A stretch of DNA of 64,000 nucleotides from a virus (Duplodnaviria > Caudoviricetes), in IMG/VR virus record IMGVR_UViG_3300046009_000910, positions 129-64,128 of that record. One strand, written 5' to 3'. Each line of letters begins with the position of its first letter. The first letter of the stretch is position 1. The position numbers and the translations under genes are program-made. Below the pieces are notes generated by a model that worked only from the letters and a program-made list of their open reading frames with translations, was not told where the DNA came from and searched no databases. Positions 25,610-35,545 of this stretch are shown here, one piece after another.

Positions 25610-26724
25610 TGATTAACACATGGAATGTAGCGCAGATAGAAAACTACAAGCAGGCACATACCTACTTTGAAAAGACACGCTACCCTGCACGCAGTAAGAA
25701 GTGGTTTGAACATCAACGCCCACTACGCAACACATCGTCACCACACCTACGCATCGAGCGCGGTGAAGCGCATGGCGTTAAGTACTATGACCTGTGCCTG
25801 TACACAACCGAACTCGTGCGCTACTTTGAACCCAATGCACATGGTGAGGAAGCGGTGTGGTTGTTCAATCATTACAGCAACTCATCGCAGAGATTCTTGT
25901 GGAACGCAGGGTGGTATAACCGCAAAGAGTTTACCAAGCAAGACGGTGAGAAGTTTCTTCTGCAGTTATCAAATCAAGGAGAGATTGCTAGGCATCTGTG
26001 GGGCGAGCACTTCACCTGCAGGCTTGTGTTCGATATGCACGGCAAAGTAATCACAGAGAAAAGCGTGCATGTCCCGTTCACACGCAAGGCATCTACCGAT
26101 ACGCACCGAGCCAAACGCAAGCAACTGCGTGAGGACTTCACGCCTGTATTCGACATGCTGGAGATGCAGTATCAGTCTTTCATTGACGGTGTTGAGATCA
26201 ATGAGCGCAAAGGTCAACCGTTTAATGCACGCGGGTACGACAAGGCGGTGTCATCGGATACGAAGGCTAGGTTGAAGATAGAAGGGTTCAAAGGGCTTAC
26301 TCCTGACGACTTAACAGCAGTCGTGCAGTACGCCACAAACTGTTGCCACAACATAGCCGAGAGCATCGTCAACCGCAGGGCTTATCAGTACGACACAGGT
26401 AGGCGTATGGGTTACAACGAGTACCAAGAAATGAAGAGTAAATGCCAAATCCCTGTCGATGGCTTACTGCTGAGTGCGCATACCCCCGAGGTTATCGCAC
26501 GCCTGACCCCCACTTGGGAGGACATCAAGAAGGCGGTGGAGATTGACCTGCTGTACCTAGCGGGGTTGGCTGAGGGCGACGAGTATGTGCCCTACCCCCA
26601 ACTAGCCAAGACCTTTGCCAAGCGGTGCTACGGGCTGGTTAAGCCTGCATTTGGTGATATTCCCAACATGTTAGGGATAGAGACTTATGATAAACTTGTT
26701 AATAGGAAGGGGGTAGTGTATTAA
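25606..26724 (+). CDS. Hypothetical protein
   Basis: 372-aa coupled ORF. Confidence 0.7.
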   Translation: MMINTWNVAQIENYKQAHTYFEKTRYPARSKKWFEHQRPLRNTSSPHLRIERGEAHGVKYYDLCLYTTELVRYFEPNAHGEEAVWLFNHYSNSSQRFLWNAGWYNRKEFTKQDGEKFLLQLSNQGEIARHLWGEHFTCRLVFDMHGKVITEKSVHVPFTRKASTDTHRAKRKQLREDFTPVFDMLEMQYQSFIDGVEINERKGQPFNARGYDKAVSSDTKARLKIEGFKGLTPDDLTAVVQYATNCCHNIAESIVNRRAYQYDTGRRMGYNEYQEMKSKCQIPVDGLLLSAHTPEVIARLTPTWEDIKKAVEIDLLYLAGLAEGDEYVPYPQLAKTFAKRCYGLVKPAFGDIPNMLGIETYDKLVNRKGVVY

Positions 26725-26728
26725 AACC

Positions 26729-26765
26729 TTGTCAAATCTTTTACAACCCTGTAAAATCTTTTACA
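26729..26765 (+). promoter_or_regulatory. Promoter TTGTCA-N17-TAAAAT overlapped by tandem operator B sites
   Basis: TGTCAAATCTTTTACA (26730-45) and TGTAAAATCTTTTACA (26750-65), 20-bp period. Confidence 0.7.
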
Positions 26766-26795
26766 TAAATCGTTAATTAAAAGGAGCATATAAAT

Positions 26796-27923
26796 ATGAA
26801 TACAAACGACTTTCTTTCACACCAACAGGTTGCTGACTTAATCAAAGCAGTTGGCGCTACGCGTACCGTCATCGTGATGGGTGAGAACGGCATCGGCAAG
26901 ACAGCCCTGCATAACACGCTGTGCCAAGACGCCAAGTTCGACAACCACATCAAGATCAAGCCCATCGACTCCACGCAGTTGAGCGATGGTTCGCTGACCA
27001 TGCCTGACCTTGATCGTGAGCGTGGCGTGTCCACAGAGTTGCCCAACGAGCGCCTTGGTGTGTCCAAGTTCAATCGCAAAGGCGTAGATGGTTCGCGCCC
27101 TGTATTGGGTATGTTCGATGAGATCGCCAAGGTTCCGCAGTTCGTTAAGAACATGTTGGCTCCGGTCCTCTACGAGCGACGCATTGGCAACTATGTAATG
27201 CCCGAGGGTTCGGTGTGGTTCGCGGCAACTAACCTGTCGTTCGAGGGTTTGGGCGATTCGTTGCAAGCACACCTACGCAATCGTTTGATCGTGGTCAAGA
27301 TGCGTAAGGCTTACACAAGCGAGTGGCTCAACAACTACGCGATCCCCAACGGACTGAACCCCATCATGCTAGCGTGCGTGGAGGAGTACCCGATGATTGG
27401 CGATTCGTTCATGGACTACATGAAGGGTGGCAAGTACGAGGGCAAAGACATCGAGAAAGACAACCCACACATCTTCAACCCCAAGGTTGTGCAAGATGCG
27501 TATGCGTCGTGGCGTTCTATCCATGCAGCATGCGACATCTTAGATGTGATGGATCAGTTCGACTCCGATACCCTGCGTCGTGCGTTGGAGGGTACGGTGG
27601 GTAAGTCATTCGCTTCTGTTCTTGATTCGTTCATTCGCTTCGGGAAACAACTTCCCCCTATCAACAGTATTCTTTCTGCCCCTGACACAGCCCCGATCCC
27701 AAGCAACAAGATCGCGCAACAAGTTCAGGTCTTTCAATTCATCACTCGCGCAGAGGATCGGGATCAAGCGCAGGCGTTCACCAAGTATGTAATGCGTCTA
27801 CAACCCGAGATGCAGTCGTTGTTCTGCCGTCGTGTCGCTGACTCTCAGCGTGTTGGTTTGTTCACAACCGTTACGGAGTTCGGGCGCATGCTGGCTGACA
27901 ACAAGATTTACTACAAAGTTTAA
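26796..27923 (+). CDS. MoxR/dynein-related AAA+ ATPase
   Basis: Walker A GENGIGKT, Walker B MFDE, sensor AATN, arginine finger LRNR. Confidence 0.85.
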   Translation: MNTNDFLSHQQVADLIKAVGATRTVIVMGENGIGKTALHNTLCQDAKFDNHIKIKPIDSTQLSDGSLTMPDLDRERGVSTELPNERLGVSKFNRKGVDGSRPVLGMFDEIAKVPQFVKNMLAPVLYERRIGNYVMPEGSVWFAATNLSFEGLGDSLQAHLRNRLIVVKMRKAYTSEWLNNYAIPNGLNPIMLACVEEYPMIGDSFMDYMKGGKYEGKDIEKDNPHIFNPKVVQDAYASWRSIHAACDILDVMDQFDSDTLRRALEGTVGKSFASVLDSFIRFGKQLPPINSILSAPDTAPIPSNKIAQQVQVFQFITRAEDRDQAQAFTKYVMRLQPEMQSLFCRRVADSQRVGLFTTVTEFGRMLADNKIYYKV

Positions 27924-27944
27924 TAACAAGAAGGAGGTATCAAT

Positions 27945-29150
27945 ATGAATACCAAACAATCTACATGGGACATCATGAGTCCCGAACAGCGCGTGCGTGC
28001 TGTCAACATCGACATCATGAACCACATGGACTTCTGCACGCTGTCTGGTCTGGTCACGATGGGTAATGTCAACATTGTCGATGGCATGCCAACGGCAGGC
28101 ACTAATGGTGTCGATGTGTTCTACGGCACAGAGTTCACGCTACGGCAAACACGCAAGCAGTTACGGTTTGTTCAATGCCATGAGGCGTTACACAAAGCCC
28201 TGCGTCATTGTGTCGATTACAAAGACATCGTGAAGAAGTATCCTGACCTGTCTAACATCGCTATGGATTATGTAGTCAATGCGTTCATTGAGCAGACTGA
28301 CCCTGACCACAAGTTCATCGAGTTCACAACCAATCCAAAGCCTTTGCTCGATCCTAAGTATTACAACCGTTCGTTCGTAGATGTGTTGCAAGATTTACTC
28401 AAGAACGGCACATCTAAAGACGGTGGTGGTAAGGGTGGGCAAGACGGCGGTGATGAGCCACTCGATGAACACTTCCCTATGCCTGAAGATGTTGATGCCA
28501 AGGAAATCGAGAAGCAGATTGAAGATGCCCTCAATCATGGCGATATGGTGCAGAAGCGTTTGCAAGCGGGTAGCAACAAGGGTGGCAACCCTCTGGCTGG
28601 TCTTGGTGTCAAGCGTGATACTGATTGGCGCAACGCCCTGCGTGAGTTCATCGAGCAAGTCGTGACGGGTGACGAGTATTCCCGATTCAATCCCCCCAAC
28701 CGTCGCTTTCTTGCCCATGACATCTTGATGCCAACACATTTTGATGTAGCGATCGGTGAACTGATTATTGCCGGTGATACATCGGGTTCGATGGGTGGTG
28801 TGTATCCGGTGGTGTTCGGTGAGGTAGCCAACATCTGCAAGCAAGCCAATCCTGAGAAGGTTCGTATCATTTGGTGGGACACCGAGGTGTGCGCTGAACA
28901 AGTGTTCAATCGCGGTGAGTTTGATGACATCGCAGGGCTACTCAAGCCTGCCGGTGGCGGTGGTACTTCTCCACAATGCGTTGCTAATTACATCGTCAAG
29001 CACGACTACAAACCAACGGCTGTCATTTGGCTGACCGATGGCTATCTCGATGCGTGCCCTGTCGCTGTCTGTGCCAACGAGTTGTGGGGTGTAGTTAACA
29101 ACGATCATTTTCAACCCGCGCATGGCAAAGCCCTGCGTATTCATGCTTAA
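27945..29150 (+). CDS. Metallopeptidase-like + vWA domain protein (DUF2201-like)
   Basis: TAGTNG, HEALH..LRH, NIAMD..VN, MIDAS DTSGSM, GGGGT, LTDGY. Confidence 0.85.
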   Translation: MNTKQSTWDIMSPEQRVRAVNIDIMNHMDFCTLSGLVTMGNVNIVDGMPTAGTNGVDVFYGTEFTLRQTRKQLRFVQCHEALHKALRHCVDYKDIVKKYPDLSNIAMDYVVNAFIEQTDPDHKFIEFTTNPKPLLDPKYYNRSFVDVLQDLLKNGTSKDGGGKGGQDGGDEPLDEHFPMPEDVDAKEIEKQIEDALNHGDMVQKRLQAGSNKGGNPLAGLGVKRDTDWRNALREFIEQVVTGDEYSRFNPPNRRFLAHDILMPTHFDVAIGELIIAGDTSGSMGGVYPVVFGEVANICKQANPEKVRIIWWDTEVCAEQVFNRGEFDDIAGLLKPAGGGGTSPQCVANYIVKHDYKPTAVIWLTDGYLDACPVAVCANELWGVVNNDHFQPAHGKALRIHA

Positions 29151-29160
29151 GGAGACCAAC

Positions 29161-29703
29161 ATGAAACAGCGTGATTTGTTTGAAGTAGCCGACGAGGACT
29201 TTGATGAGATGTTTAACAACCAAAAGCAACAAGAAGAACAGCAACACAGAAACAAACTAACAGAGGCATTGAACAACATAATGGCTAAGCGCCAAGAAAG
29301 GAAGGGCAACATGAAACCAGTCCGTGAACTTCGTGATGTACACAAGAAAGCAATTGATGATGCTATGTCTAGACTGAAAGCGGTGGGCTGTGCATTTAAG
29401 ATCGTTACGCCGGTCAACAGCGAGATCATTCACGATCCCAACAAAGTGTTAGACAAGCGCAAGCATACGGTCAACCGCGATGATCTGCCGTACCACTACG
29501 GTGATTTGAAAAGACACTATCTGCCATACATTGCGAATGTGTCTGTGGGTGATGTGGTGGAGATTCCGTACAGCGACAACCTACCGTACGCTGCAATTCA
29601 AAGCAGTCTGTCCGCGCACTTAACTAATACATGGGGTAGAGGTTCTTACACCACAACCACTAACAAGAAAACTAAGAATTTAGAAGTACTACGCTTAGCC
29701 TAA
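29161..29703 (+). CDS. Hypothetical protein
   Basis: AAGGAG RBS before the ATG at 29161. Confidence 0.65.
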   Translation: MKQRDLFEVADEDFDEMFNNQKQQEEQQHRNKLTEALNNIMAKRQERKGNMKPVRELRDVHKKAIDDAMSRLKAVGCAFKIVTPVNSEIIHDPNKVLDKRKHTVNRDDLPYHYGDLKRHYLPYIANVSVGDVVEIPYSDNLPYAAIQSSLSAHLTNTWGRGSYTTTTNKKTKNLEVLRLA

Positions 29704-29722
29704 ATAATAAAGGAGCATACAA

Positions 29723-30595
29723 ATGAATAGATACAACATTGATTCTTGCGCGTTACTCGTTGAGTTCAACGCGTCTGTCTGGACCGCCCGTAAGTTGGAT
29801 AAGAACGCAACTGATGAGGTTGTTGTTAGCAAGCGTGCAGGAGCGAAAGATGCTGCCCGAGTTAACAAGCACCTGCTTGCAGGGCGTAACGAGTTAGATG
29901 TAATTCAAAAGCATGTTAACGCTGTCCGCACCTATGTGTATGAGAACACCCTGCCATGGTCTGACACCGGCATACGCTTACTGCCAACTTCCAAGTTCAT
30001 GGACTTCAACGATCGCATGGGCAAACTTGAGGAAGAATTTGTGGAACTAGTCAACGACTTCGTGCAAGTGTATCCGTCGTTGATTACTGCTCAGGCTATG
30101 GCTCTGGGTGATATGTTTGACCGTAGCGAATACCCAAGTGCCGGTGAGATGTCGCATAAGTTTTCGTTCCGCTTGAACTTCATGCCTGTGCCCAAGGCTG
30201 GCGACTTCCGTGTTGATGTTGGTAACGAAGCACAGGAAGAACTACAAAAGAAGTTAGCCAAGTTGGCTGACGAGCGTATCGAGTTAGCAATGAAGGAAGC
30301 GCGTGAGCGTTTGAAGTCGCACTTGGAGCGCATGATGGAGCGTCTGAAGGTAGAGGAGGTCAATGGCAAGGTCACGAAGTCCCGCATCCACGACTCCCTC
30401 GTTGAGGGTGGGCTTGAACTCTGCGATGTCCTCAAGGCGCTCAATCTTACCAATGACCCTGTCTTGGAGAAGGCTCGCGCTACGCTGGAGAGACTGTTGC
30501 GCACCGTCGATGTTGATGATTTGCGTAAGCATGATTCGGCTCGTGTGGAAGTTCGGACTCAGGTTGCTGAGATTATGGATAAGTTTAACTTTTAA
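29723..30595 (+). CDS. DUF3150-like helical protein, partner of AAA/vWA pairs
   Basis: WTARKLDK, TLPWSD.G.RLLP, LG..FD..EYP motifs; gene context. Confidence 0.6.
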   Translation: MNRYNIDSCALLVEFNASVWTARKLDKNATDEVVVSKRAGAKDAARVNKHLLAGRNELDVIQKHVNAVRTYVYENTLPWSDTGIRLLPTSKFMDFNDRMGKLEEEFVELVNDFVQVYPSLITAQAMALGDMFDRSEYPSAGEMSHKFSFRLNFMPVPKAGDFRVDVGNEAQEELQKKLAKLADERIELAMKEARERLKSHLERMMERLKVEEVNGKVTKSRIHDSLVEGGLELCDVLKALNLTNDPVLEKARATLERLLRTVDVDDLRKHDSARVEVRTQVAEIMDKFNF

Positions 30596-30606
30596 GGAGC
30601 ATACAA

Positions 30607-30867
30607 ATGACAACAAAAAAAGTAAAGCACCCTTGGGAAGCCAAGATTACCGCCGTGCGGGTAGTAGACGACATGGACATGCTGTTCAAACTAAGCACCG
30701 CCCTGACCATTATTGCTGACGACTTAGCACGAAACGATGAGTGCAATCGCCATCGTTGCGCCACAGCATTGGCAGGTGTCGGGGGCGCCATGGATGAAAT
30801 CATCATGCGATTGGGCGCTGACGCAGAAGATGCGGTTGACAAGCACATGGAAGGGGGGAAGAAATGA
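30607..30867 (+). CDS. Hypothetical protein
   Basis: AAGGAG RBS. Confidence 0.65.
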   Translation: MTTKKVKHPWEAKITAVRVVDDMDMLFKLSTALTIIADDLARNDECNRHRCATALAGVGGAMDEIIMRLGADAEDAVDKHMEGGKK

Positions 30868-31166
30868 GACCGCTACGAGTATTAAGTTTGCAGAAAGATC
30901 ACGAGATGGACTTCGTGGCTGACTGCGTGTTGGATTTGTTGAGTGATTTCCCCAAGGCTACGCCAACGCAAACTATTGTTGACGAGTGCAACAAAGACAA
31001 GGTATCTTCACCAGCAACCACGCACAAGAAGCTGAACGCGCTTAAAAAACTTGGGCTTGTGGATGTAGTCGCTCACCCTGACGATAAGGATGGGCGTAAG
31101 TGTTACATCAAAGTCAGCGCCAAAGGCATGGATTATCTTAACAAGTGGGAAGGAGGTAAAGCATGA
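30864..31166 (+). CDS. MarR-like winged-helix protein
   Basis: SPATTHKKLNALKKLGLV...DGRKCYIKVSAKG. Confidence 0.75.
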   Translation: MRPLRVLSLQKDHEMDFVADCVLDLLSDFPKATPTQTIVDECNKDKVSSPATTHKKLNALKKLGLVDVVAHPDDKDGRKCYIKVSAKGMDYLNKWEGGKA

Positions 31167-31417
31167 GAGATCTAGAAGAAGAAAAGCAAATCAAAGCCTA
31201 CATGGAGGCAAAGATGACGCACATAAAGATGTACAACGAGTGCATGAACCTTGCCGATGGCCTTGACGTTGAGAAGTTTGCTGAGTTAGTCCGGGCTGAT
31301 GAGCGTGAGGCTTGTGCGAAGTTGGTTGAGGCTGATGCCGATGCTCGTGGTAAAGGCGGCGGCGGATTGGTGCTTTTGAAGGCTGCGGAACGAATCAGAG
31401 CAAGGGGTGAGGAATGA
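31163..31417 (+). CDS. Hypothetical phage protein
   Basis: EREACAK...IRARG motif; GGAGG RBS. Confidence 0.65.
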   Translation: MRDLEEEKQIKAYMEAKMTHIKMYNECMNLADGLDVEKFAELVRADEREACAKLVEADADARGKGGGGLVLLKAAERIRARGEE

Positions 31418-32109
31418 GCATATCAGCAATGAAGCAAGCATTGGAGGCTTTGGAAAAACTCTGGGACATCATTGATGACATTGATACCTATGGCGACATG
31501 GCGAAAAGTGACGACAAGTTGTATCGGTCATTGGTTGAACGCAGACAGCGACAACGCTTTGAGCAAACTGGAATTTCTACAGATGGGTACGAATTGAATG
31601 GTGGGGCCATCACCGCACTACGCCAAGCCATTGCAGAGGCAGAGAAGCAAGAACAAAAAACACCACTTAAGGTTTTGGGCTTAACGGTGTTTACTGAAAA
31701 CCGTTTGCGGAATGGGCGTGTCTACGATGTAGAAACACTACAAGCCATGACCAACAGAGACATTTTGGCTATCCCCGACATGGGTAAAAAAGCACTCAAG
31801 GAAGTTTTGGAGGCGTTAGAGGTTTACGCCATCAACATATCGCAAGAACGTGTCGATGAAACGGCAAAACGTGAACATGACATAGTTGGGGCGTGTGTTA
31901 CTTGTGGTGCGCCTCATGACTTCTGGCTCTCTGCGCCGCCTACCGATTTCATCAGCCCGTCTGTTGTTAAAGCAATTTCAAAGCGTGAATGGGTTGGGCT
32001 GACGGAAGATGAGGCGATAGAACTTTTGCCTGTTGGGGATTGGGAGATTGAATCCACTTTGGATTTTGCCAAAGCCATCGAAGCCAAACTAAAGGAGAAG
32101 AACACATGA
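31414..32109 (+). CDS. Mosaic protein with an RNA polymerase alpha-CTD-like domain
   Basis: Residues 83-135 PLKVLGLTVFTENRL...ILAIPDMGKKALKEV resemble alpha-CTD; C-terminal WVGLT...AIEAKLKEKN. Confidence 0.7.
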   Translation: MSISAMKQALEALEKLWDIIDDIDTYGDMAKSDDKLYRSLVERRQRQRFEQTGISTDGYELNGGAITALRQAIAEAEKQEQKTPLKVLGLTVFTENRLRNGRVYDVETLQAMTNRDILAIPDMGKKALKEVLEALEVYAINISQERVDETAKREHDIVGACVTCGAPHDFWLSAPPTDFISPSVVKAISKREWVGLTEDEAIELLPVGDWEIESTLDFAKAIEAKLKEKNT

Positions 32110-32300
32110 GTAGCGTTCATGCAGTTACAGAAGAACTCAAGTTTTCTGTCAGAGTTGCAAGTTTTTACGAAATAAACCAAGACGCTAGGGCCGAGATTAC
32201 AACTAAGGTTTCAGAACTTATGGCTGAACTTGGCAAGAAGCATGACTTCTTGGTGTGGAGAACTTGTATGGATATTGAAGGGAAAAATAATAGTGGATAA
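32106..32300 (+). CDS. Hypothetical protein
   Basis: AAGGAG RBS; ATGA coupling. Confidence 0.55.
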   Translation: MSSVHAVTEELKFSVRVASFYEINQDARAEITTKVSELMAELGKKHDFLVWRTCMDIEGKNNSG

Positions 32301-32496
32301 AACTATGATGACCGTTGAAGATCAAGTTTGGAACGATCTTGTTGGGCGCAAACGGTTTTGTACTGCGAGGCAAATATCTAGGAAACTGATGGTTCCTATC
32401 TCAACAGTCCGCACATACCTAATCAGGTGGCACAAGCAACACTTGCTGGATTTACATGTGGTTGGCAAACAAACTCTTTACAGGATAAAAGAATGA
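32293..32496 (+). CDS. Small winged-helix DNA-binding protein
   Basis: TARQISRKLMVPISTVRTYL helix-turn-helix; start uncertain. Confidence 0.55.
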   Translation: MDKTMMTVEDQVWNDLVGRKRFCTARQISRKLMVPISTVRTYLIRWHKQHLLDLHVVGKQTLYRIKE

Positions 32497-32726
32497 AAAA
32501 ATGGTGCAAGTCGTGTCAGTCAACACACGCAGACAGGGAAGGAGCAATTGTGTATGGCGAAAACAATCAGAGTTTGTATTGGATATGCTACGCCTGTGCA
32601 AGACAGGCCAAGGTATCAGGTTATGGACGAGTGCGGTCCCTTGCGGATATTTTGGACGAAGGAGGAAGCGCAGCGGTGGATGCTGCCTTGGATGAAGTTG
32701 GTCGTGCTACCAAAACCAAAGCGTGA
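32493..32726 (+). CDS. Zn-ribbon protein (overlaps an alternative-frame ORF ending 32763)
   Basis: CKSC...CYAC; ATGA-coupled. Confidence 0.4.
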   Translation: MKKWCKSCQSTHADREGAIVYGENNQSLYWICYACARQAKVSGYGRVRSLADILDEGGSAAVDAALDEVGRATKTKA

Positions 32727-32759
32727 GAAACAGTATCTTGAACTAGAGGAAGCCCTACT

Positions 32760-33050
32760 ATGACCCCCGAAGGTAAAGTCAAAAAGAAAGTTGGTGAGTT
32801 GCTCAAGCGGTACGAAGCGTACTATTTCTTCCCCGCTATGGGTGCGTTTGGTAGGGCTGGTGTACCTGACATCATAGGTTGTTATCGAGGGTACTTCTTT
32901 GCGGTGGAGTGCAAAGCAGGCAAAGGCAAGACCACAGCAATCCAAGAAGCCGAGATCGAAAAGATACGCAAAGCTGGTGGTAAAGCGTTTGTGATAAACG
33001 AAACCAACATTGACTTACTAGAAACTTATTTGAAGGAGCATCATGGATGA
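32760..33050 (+). CDS. VRR-NUC domain nuclease
   Basis: TPEGKVK, GVPDII, AVECKA, TAIQ. Confidence 0.85.
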   Translation: MTPEGKVKKKVGELLKRYEAYYFFPAMGAFGRAGVPDIIGCYRGYFFAVECKAGKGKTTAIQEAEIEKIRKAGGKAFVINETNIDLLETYLKEHHG

Positions 33051-33288
33051 TAAAGATGAACACATAGAACCGGAAAAAATATTTACTAAAGCCCGAGAAT
33101 TACTTGCTGAGATGGAGAAAGGCAAAGGTTGTAACGGTTTGTTAATGACATACGATCCAGAAGCAGAGAAGTTCCAATTCCTAGCCATACACGCTGACGC
33201 TGAAGAAGTAATGGCGTTGCTGTTAAGCGGTATGGGTGTAGTACGGGAAACAATTAAAGATACAAGCCCAGATAGGATATTAAATTGA
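33043..33288 (+). CDS. Hypothetical protein
   Basis: AAGGAG RBS. Confidence 0.6.
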   Translation: MDDKDEHIEPEKIFTKARELLAEMEKGKGCNGLLMTYDPEAEKFQFLAIHADAEEVMALLLSGMGVVRETIKDTSPDRILN

Positions 33289-35246
33289 GTCAACCATATG
33301 AAACATTACTAGTCATCGACTTTGAAACACGCTGGGACCGCAAAGAATACACGCTGTCCAAGATGACCACGGAGCAGTACATCCGTGACCCACGCTTCAA
33401 AGCTTTTGGGTGCTGCATCAAAACCTACGACGTACCGGGAACTGTGTGGGTATCTCACAAAGACTTGCAAGCAACCTTTAATGCGATCGACTGGTCAACC
33501 ACAGCCGTGCTTGCGCACAACGCTCAGTTTGATATAGCGATTCTGTCATGGGTATACGGAGCCAAGCCATGCTTTGTGTTTGATTCGCTGTCTATGGCGC
33601 GTGCCTTGCGTGGGGTGGAAGCCGGTAACAGCTTAGCCAAACTTGCTAATGAGTTTGGGCTACCCCCCAAAGGGCAGGCGGTACACAGCACAGACGGTTT
33701 AGAGGAGTTGACTCATGAGGTTGAGTTTGAGTTGGCTGAGTATTGCAAGCACGACACGTTCCTGTGCGAAGAAGTATTCAAGCGGTTGATTGAAGGATAC
33801 CCTGCCAAAGAACTACGGCTGATTGACCTTACGCTTAAGATGTTTACAAATCCGGTATTAGAACTAGATCAGGAGATGCTACGTGAAGCCATCGTGGAGG
33901 AAAGCACTAAACGAAAGGAACTTCTTGATCGCCTTGGCATTGAAGAATCAACCTTGGCAAGCAACGATAAATTTGCTGTCGTGCTATCAGAGATGGGCCT
34001 TGAACCCCCTAAAAAAATCAGTAAGACAACGGGTAAAGAAGCACTTGCGCTTGCAAAGAATGATGCTCACTTCCAAGCGCTACTTAACTCCGACAACGAA
34101 GATGTGGCGCTCCTATGCGAGGCAAGGCTTGCCGTTAAGTCCACGCTGGAAAGAACGAGGGCGCAGCGCTTCCTTGACATTTCAGAGCGAGGTAGGCTTC
34201 CGGTTCCCCTTAACTATTATGGGGCGCACACAGGTCGCTGGTCGGCGTCGAAAGGCTCTGGTCTTAACTTACAGAATCTTAAGCGCGGTTCATTCCTTCG
34301 CAAGTCTATACAAGCACCAGCCGGGTATTCGCTCGTTGTCTGTGATCTGTCTCAAATAGAACCAAGGGTGTTGGCATGGCTGTGTGATTACACAGAGTTG
34401 TTACAGATATTTTCTTCAGGGCAAGATGCGTACGCTCAGTTCGGTGCGCAGATGTTTGGTATCCCCGGCATGTCCAAAGAAAGCCATCCTGACCTACGAC
34501 AGTCTGCCAAGTCCGCGCTACTGGGCTGTGGCTATGGGCTAGGGTGGGCATCGTTTGCGGCGCAATTACTGACAGGGTTTCTTGGCGCACCGCCAACCCG
34601 ATACGACAAGGCTTTCGCTAAACAACTTGGTGTGGGCGCGGAGTTTGTTAACGAGTTCATTTCATACGAGCCGTTCTTACAACGCATGAAAGACATACCG
34701 CACACCTGCACCGAGCCGGAACTAATCGTACATTGTGTATCGGCTAAAAAGATTATTGATAAATATCGTGACGCAGCCCAGCCTGTTAAGACATTCTGGG
34801 AGATGTGCGATGCGCTGATCAAACGCAGTCTGGTCGAGGGTAAACCTTACACGCACAAATGCCTGACGTTTGAAAAAGAAAGAATTGTCTTGCCAAGTGG
34901 GTTAGCCTTGCGGTATCCTTTGCTGGTTGGAGAACCTGACCCAAAAGGTAGGATCCAATGGTCGTACGGTGAAGATAAAAAGAAGTTGTACGGCGGGAAG
35001 CTGACTGAAAACATCGTTCAGGCGGTGGCTCGTTGCGTCATGACAGACGGCATGCTCAGGATACAAAAACAGTACCCCTGTGTGTTGACTGTTCACGATG
35101 AGGTAGTGGTGCTAGTACCCGAAGCGGAAGTAGTTGACGCTGAAAAATGGGTTCTGGCACAGATGACTATGGTTCCCAAATACATGCCGGGGATTCCATT
35201 AGCAGCAGACATAGGGCATGCGCAACGTTATGGAGACGCAAAGTGA
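33285..35246 (+). CDS. polA: DNA polymerase family A with 3'-5' exonuclease
   Basis: Exonuclease DFET, HNAQFD, YCKHD; TGRWS; motif A DLSQIEPR; motif B RQSAKSALLGCGYG; motif C VHDE. Confidence 0.92.
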   Translation: MSQPYETLLVIDFETRWDRKEYTLSKMTTEQYIRDPRFKAFGCCIKTYDVPGTVWVSHKDLQATFNAIDWSTTAVLAHNAQFDIAILSWVYGAKPCFVFDSLSMARALRGVEAGNSLAKLANEFGLPPKGQAVHSTDGLEELTHEVEFELAEYCKHDTFLCEEVFKRLIEGYPAKELRLIDLTLKMFTNPVLELDQEMLREAIVEESTKRKELLDRLGIEESTLASNDKFAVVLSEMGLEPPKKISKTTGKEALALAKNDAHFQALLNSDNEDVALLCEARLAVKSTLERTRAQRFLDISERGRLPVPLNYYGAHTGRWSASKGSGLNLQNLKRGSFLRKSIQAPAGYSLVVCDLSQIEPRVLAWLCDYTELLQIFSSGQDAYAQFGAQMFGIPGMSKESHPDLRQSAKSALLGCGYGLGWASFAAQLLTGFLGAPPTRYDKAFAKQLGVGAEFVNEFISYEPFLQRMKDIPHTCTEPELIVHCVSAKKIIDKYRDAAQPVKTFWEMCDALIKRSLVEGKPYTHKCLTFEKERIVLPSGLALRYPLLVGEPDPKGRIQWSYGEDKKKLYGGKLTENIVQAVARCVMTDGMLRIQKQYPCVLTVHDEVVVLVPEAEVVDAEKWVLAQMTMVPKYMPGIPLAADIGHAQRYGDAK

Positions 35247-35545
35247 AGATACCCACAAGTATCAAAGTTGGTAAAGCGAATTACGAAGTCAAACAAGTTA
35301 AGCATTTACATAAGAAGGGTGCTATGGGTGGTACGTGGTACAGAGAAAAAGTAATTGAAGTAGCTACTCACAGCAACGTACGTGGCGTAAGGTTCAAGCG
35401 CGAAGAAATCTACGATACGTTCTGGCACGAGTTGACCCACGCCATACTGAAAGACATGGGCAGCAGGCTGGAAGCTGACGAGAAGTTTGTAACAGCGTTC
35501 TCAGAGCGACTCACCCAAGCGATTATCTCAGCGAGATTTAAATGA
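35243..35545 (+). CDS. Small HExxH zinc-metallopeptidase-like protein (GTG start)
   Basis: DTFWHELTHAIL...E; GTGA overlap with the polymerase stop. Confidence 0.7.
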   Translation: MKIPTSIKVGKANYEVKQVKHLHKKGAMGGTWYREKVIEVATHSNVRGVRFKREEIYDTFWHELTHAILKDMGSRLEADEKFVTAFSERLTQAIISARFK

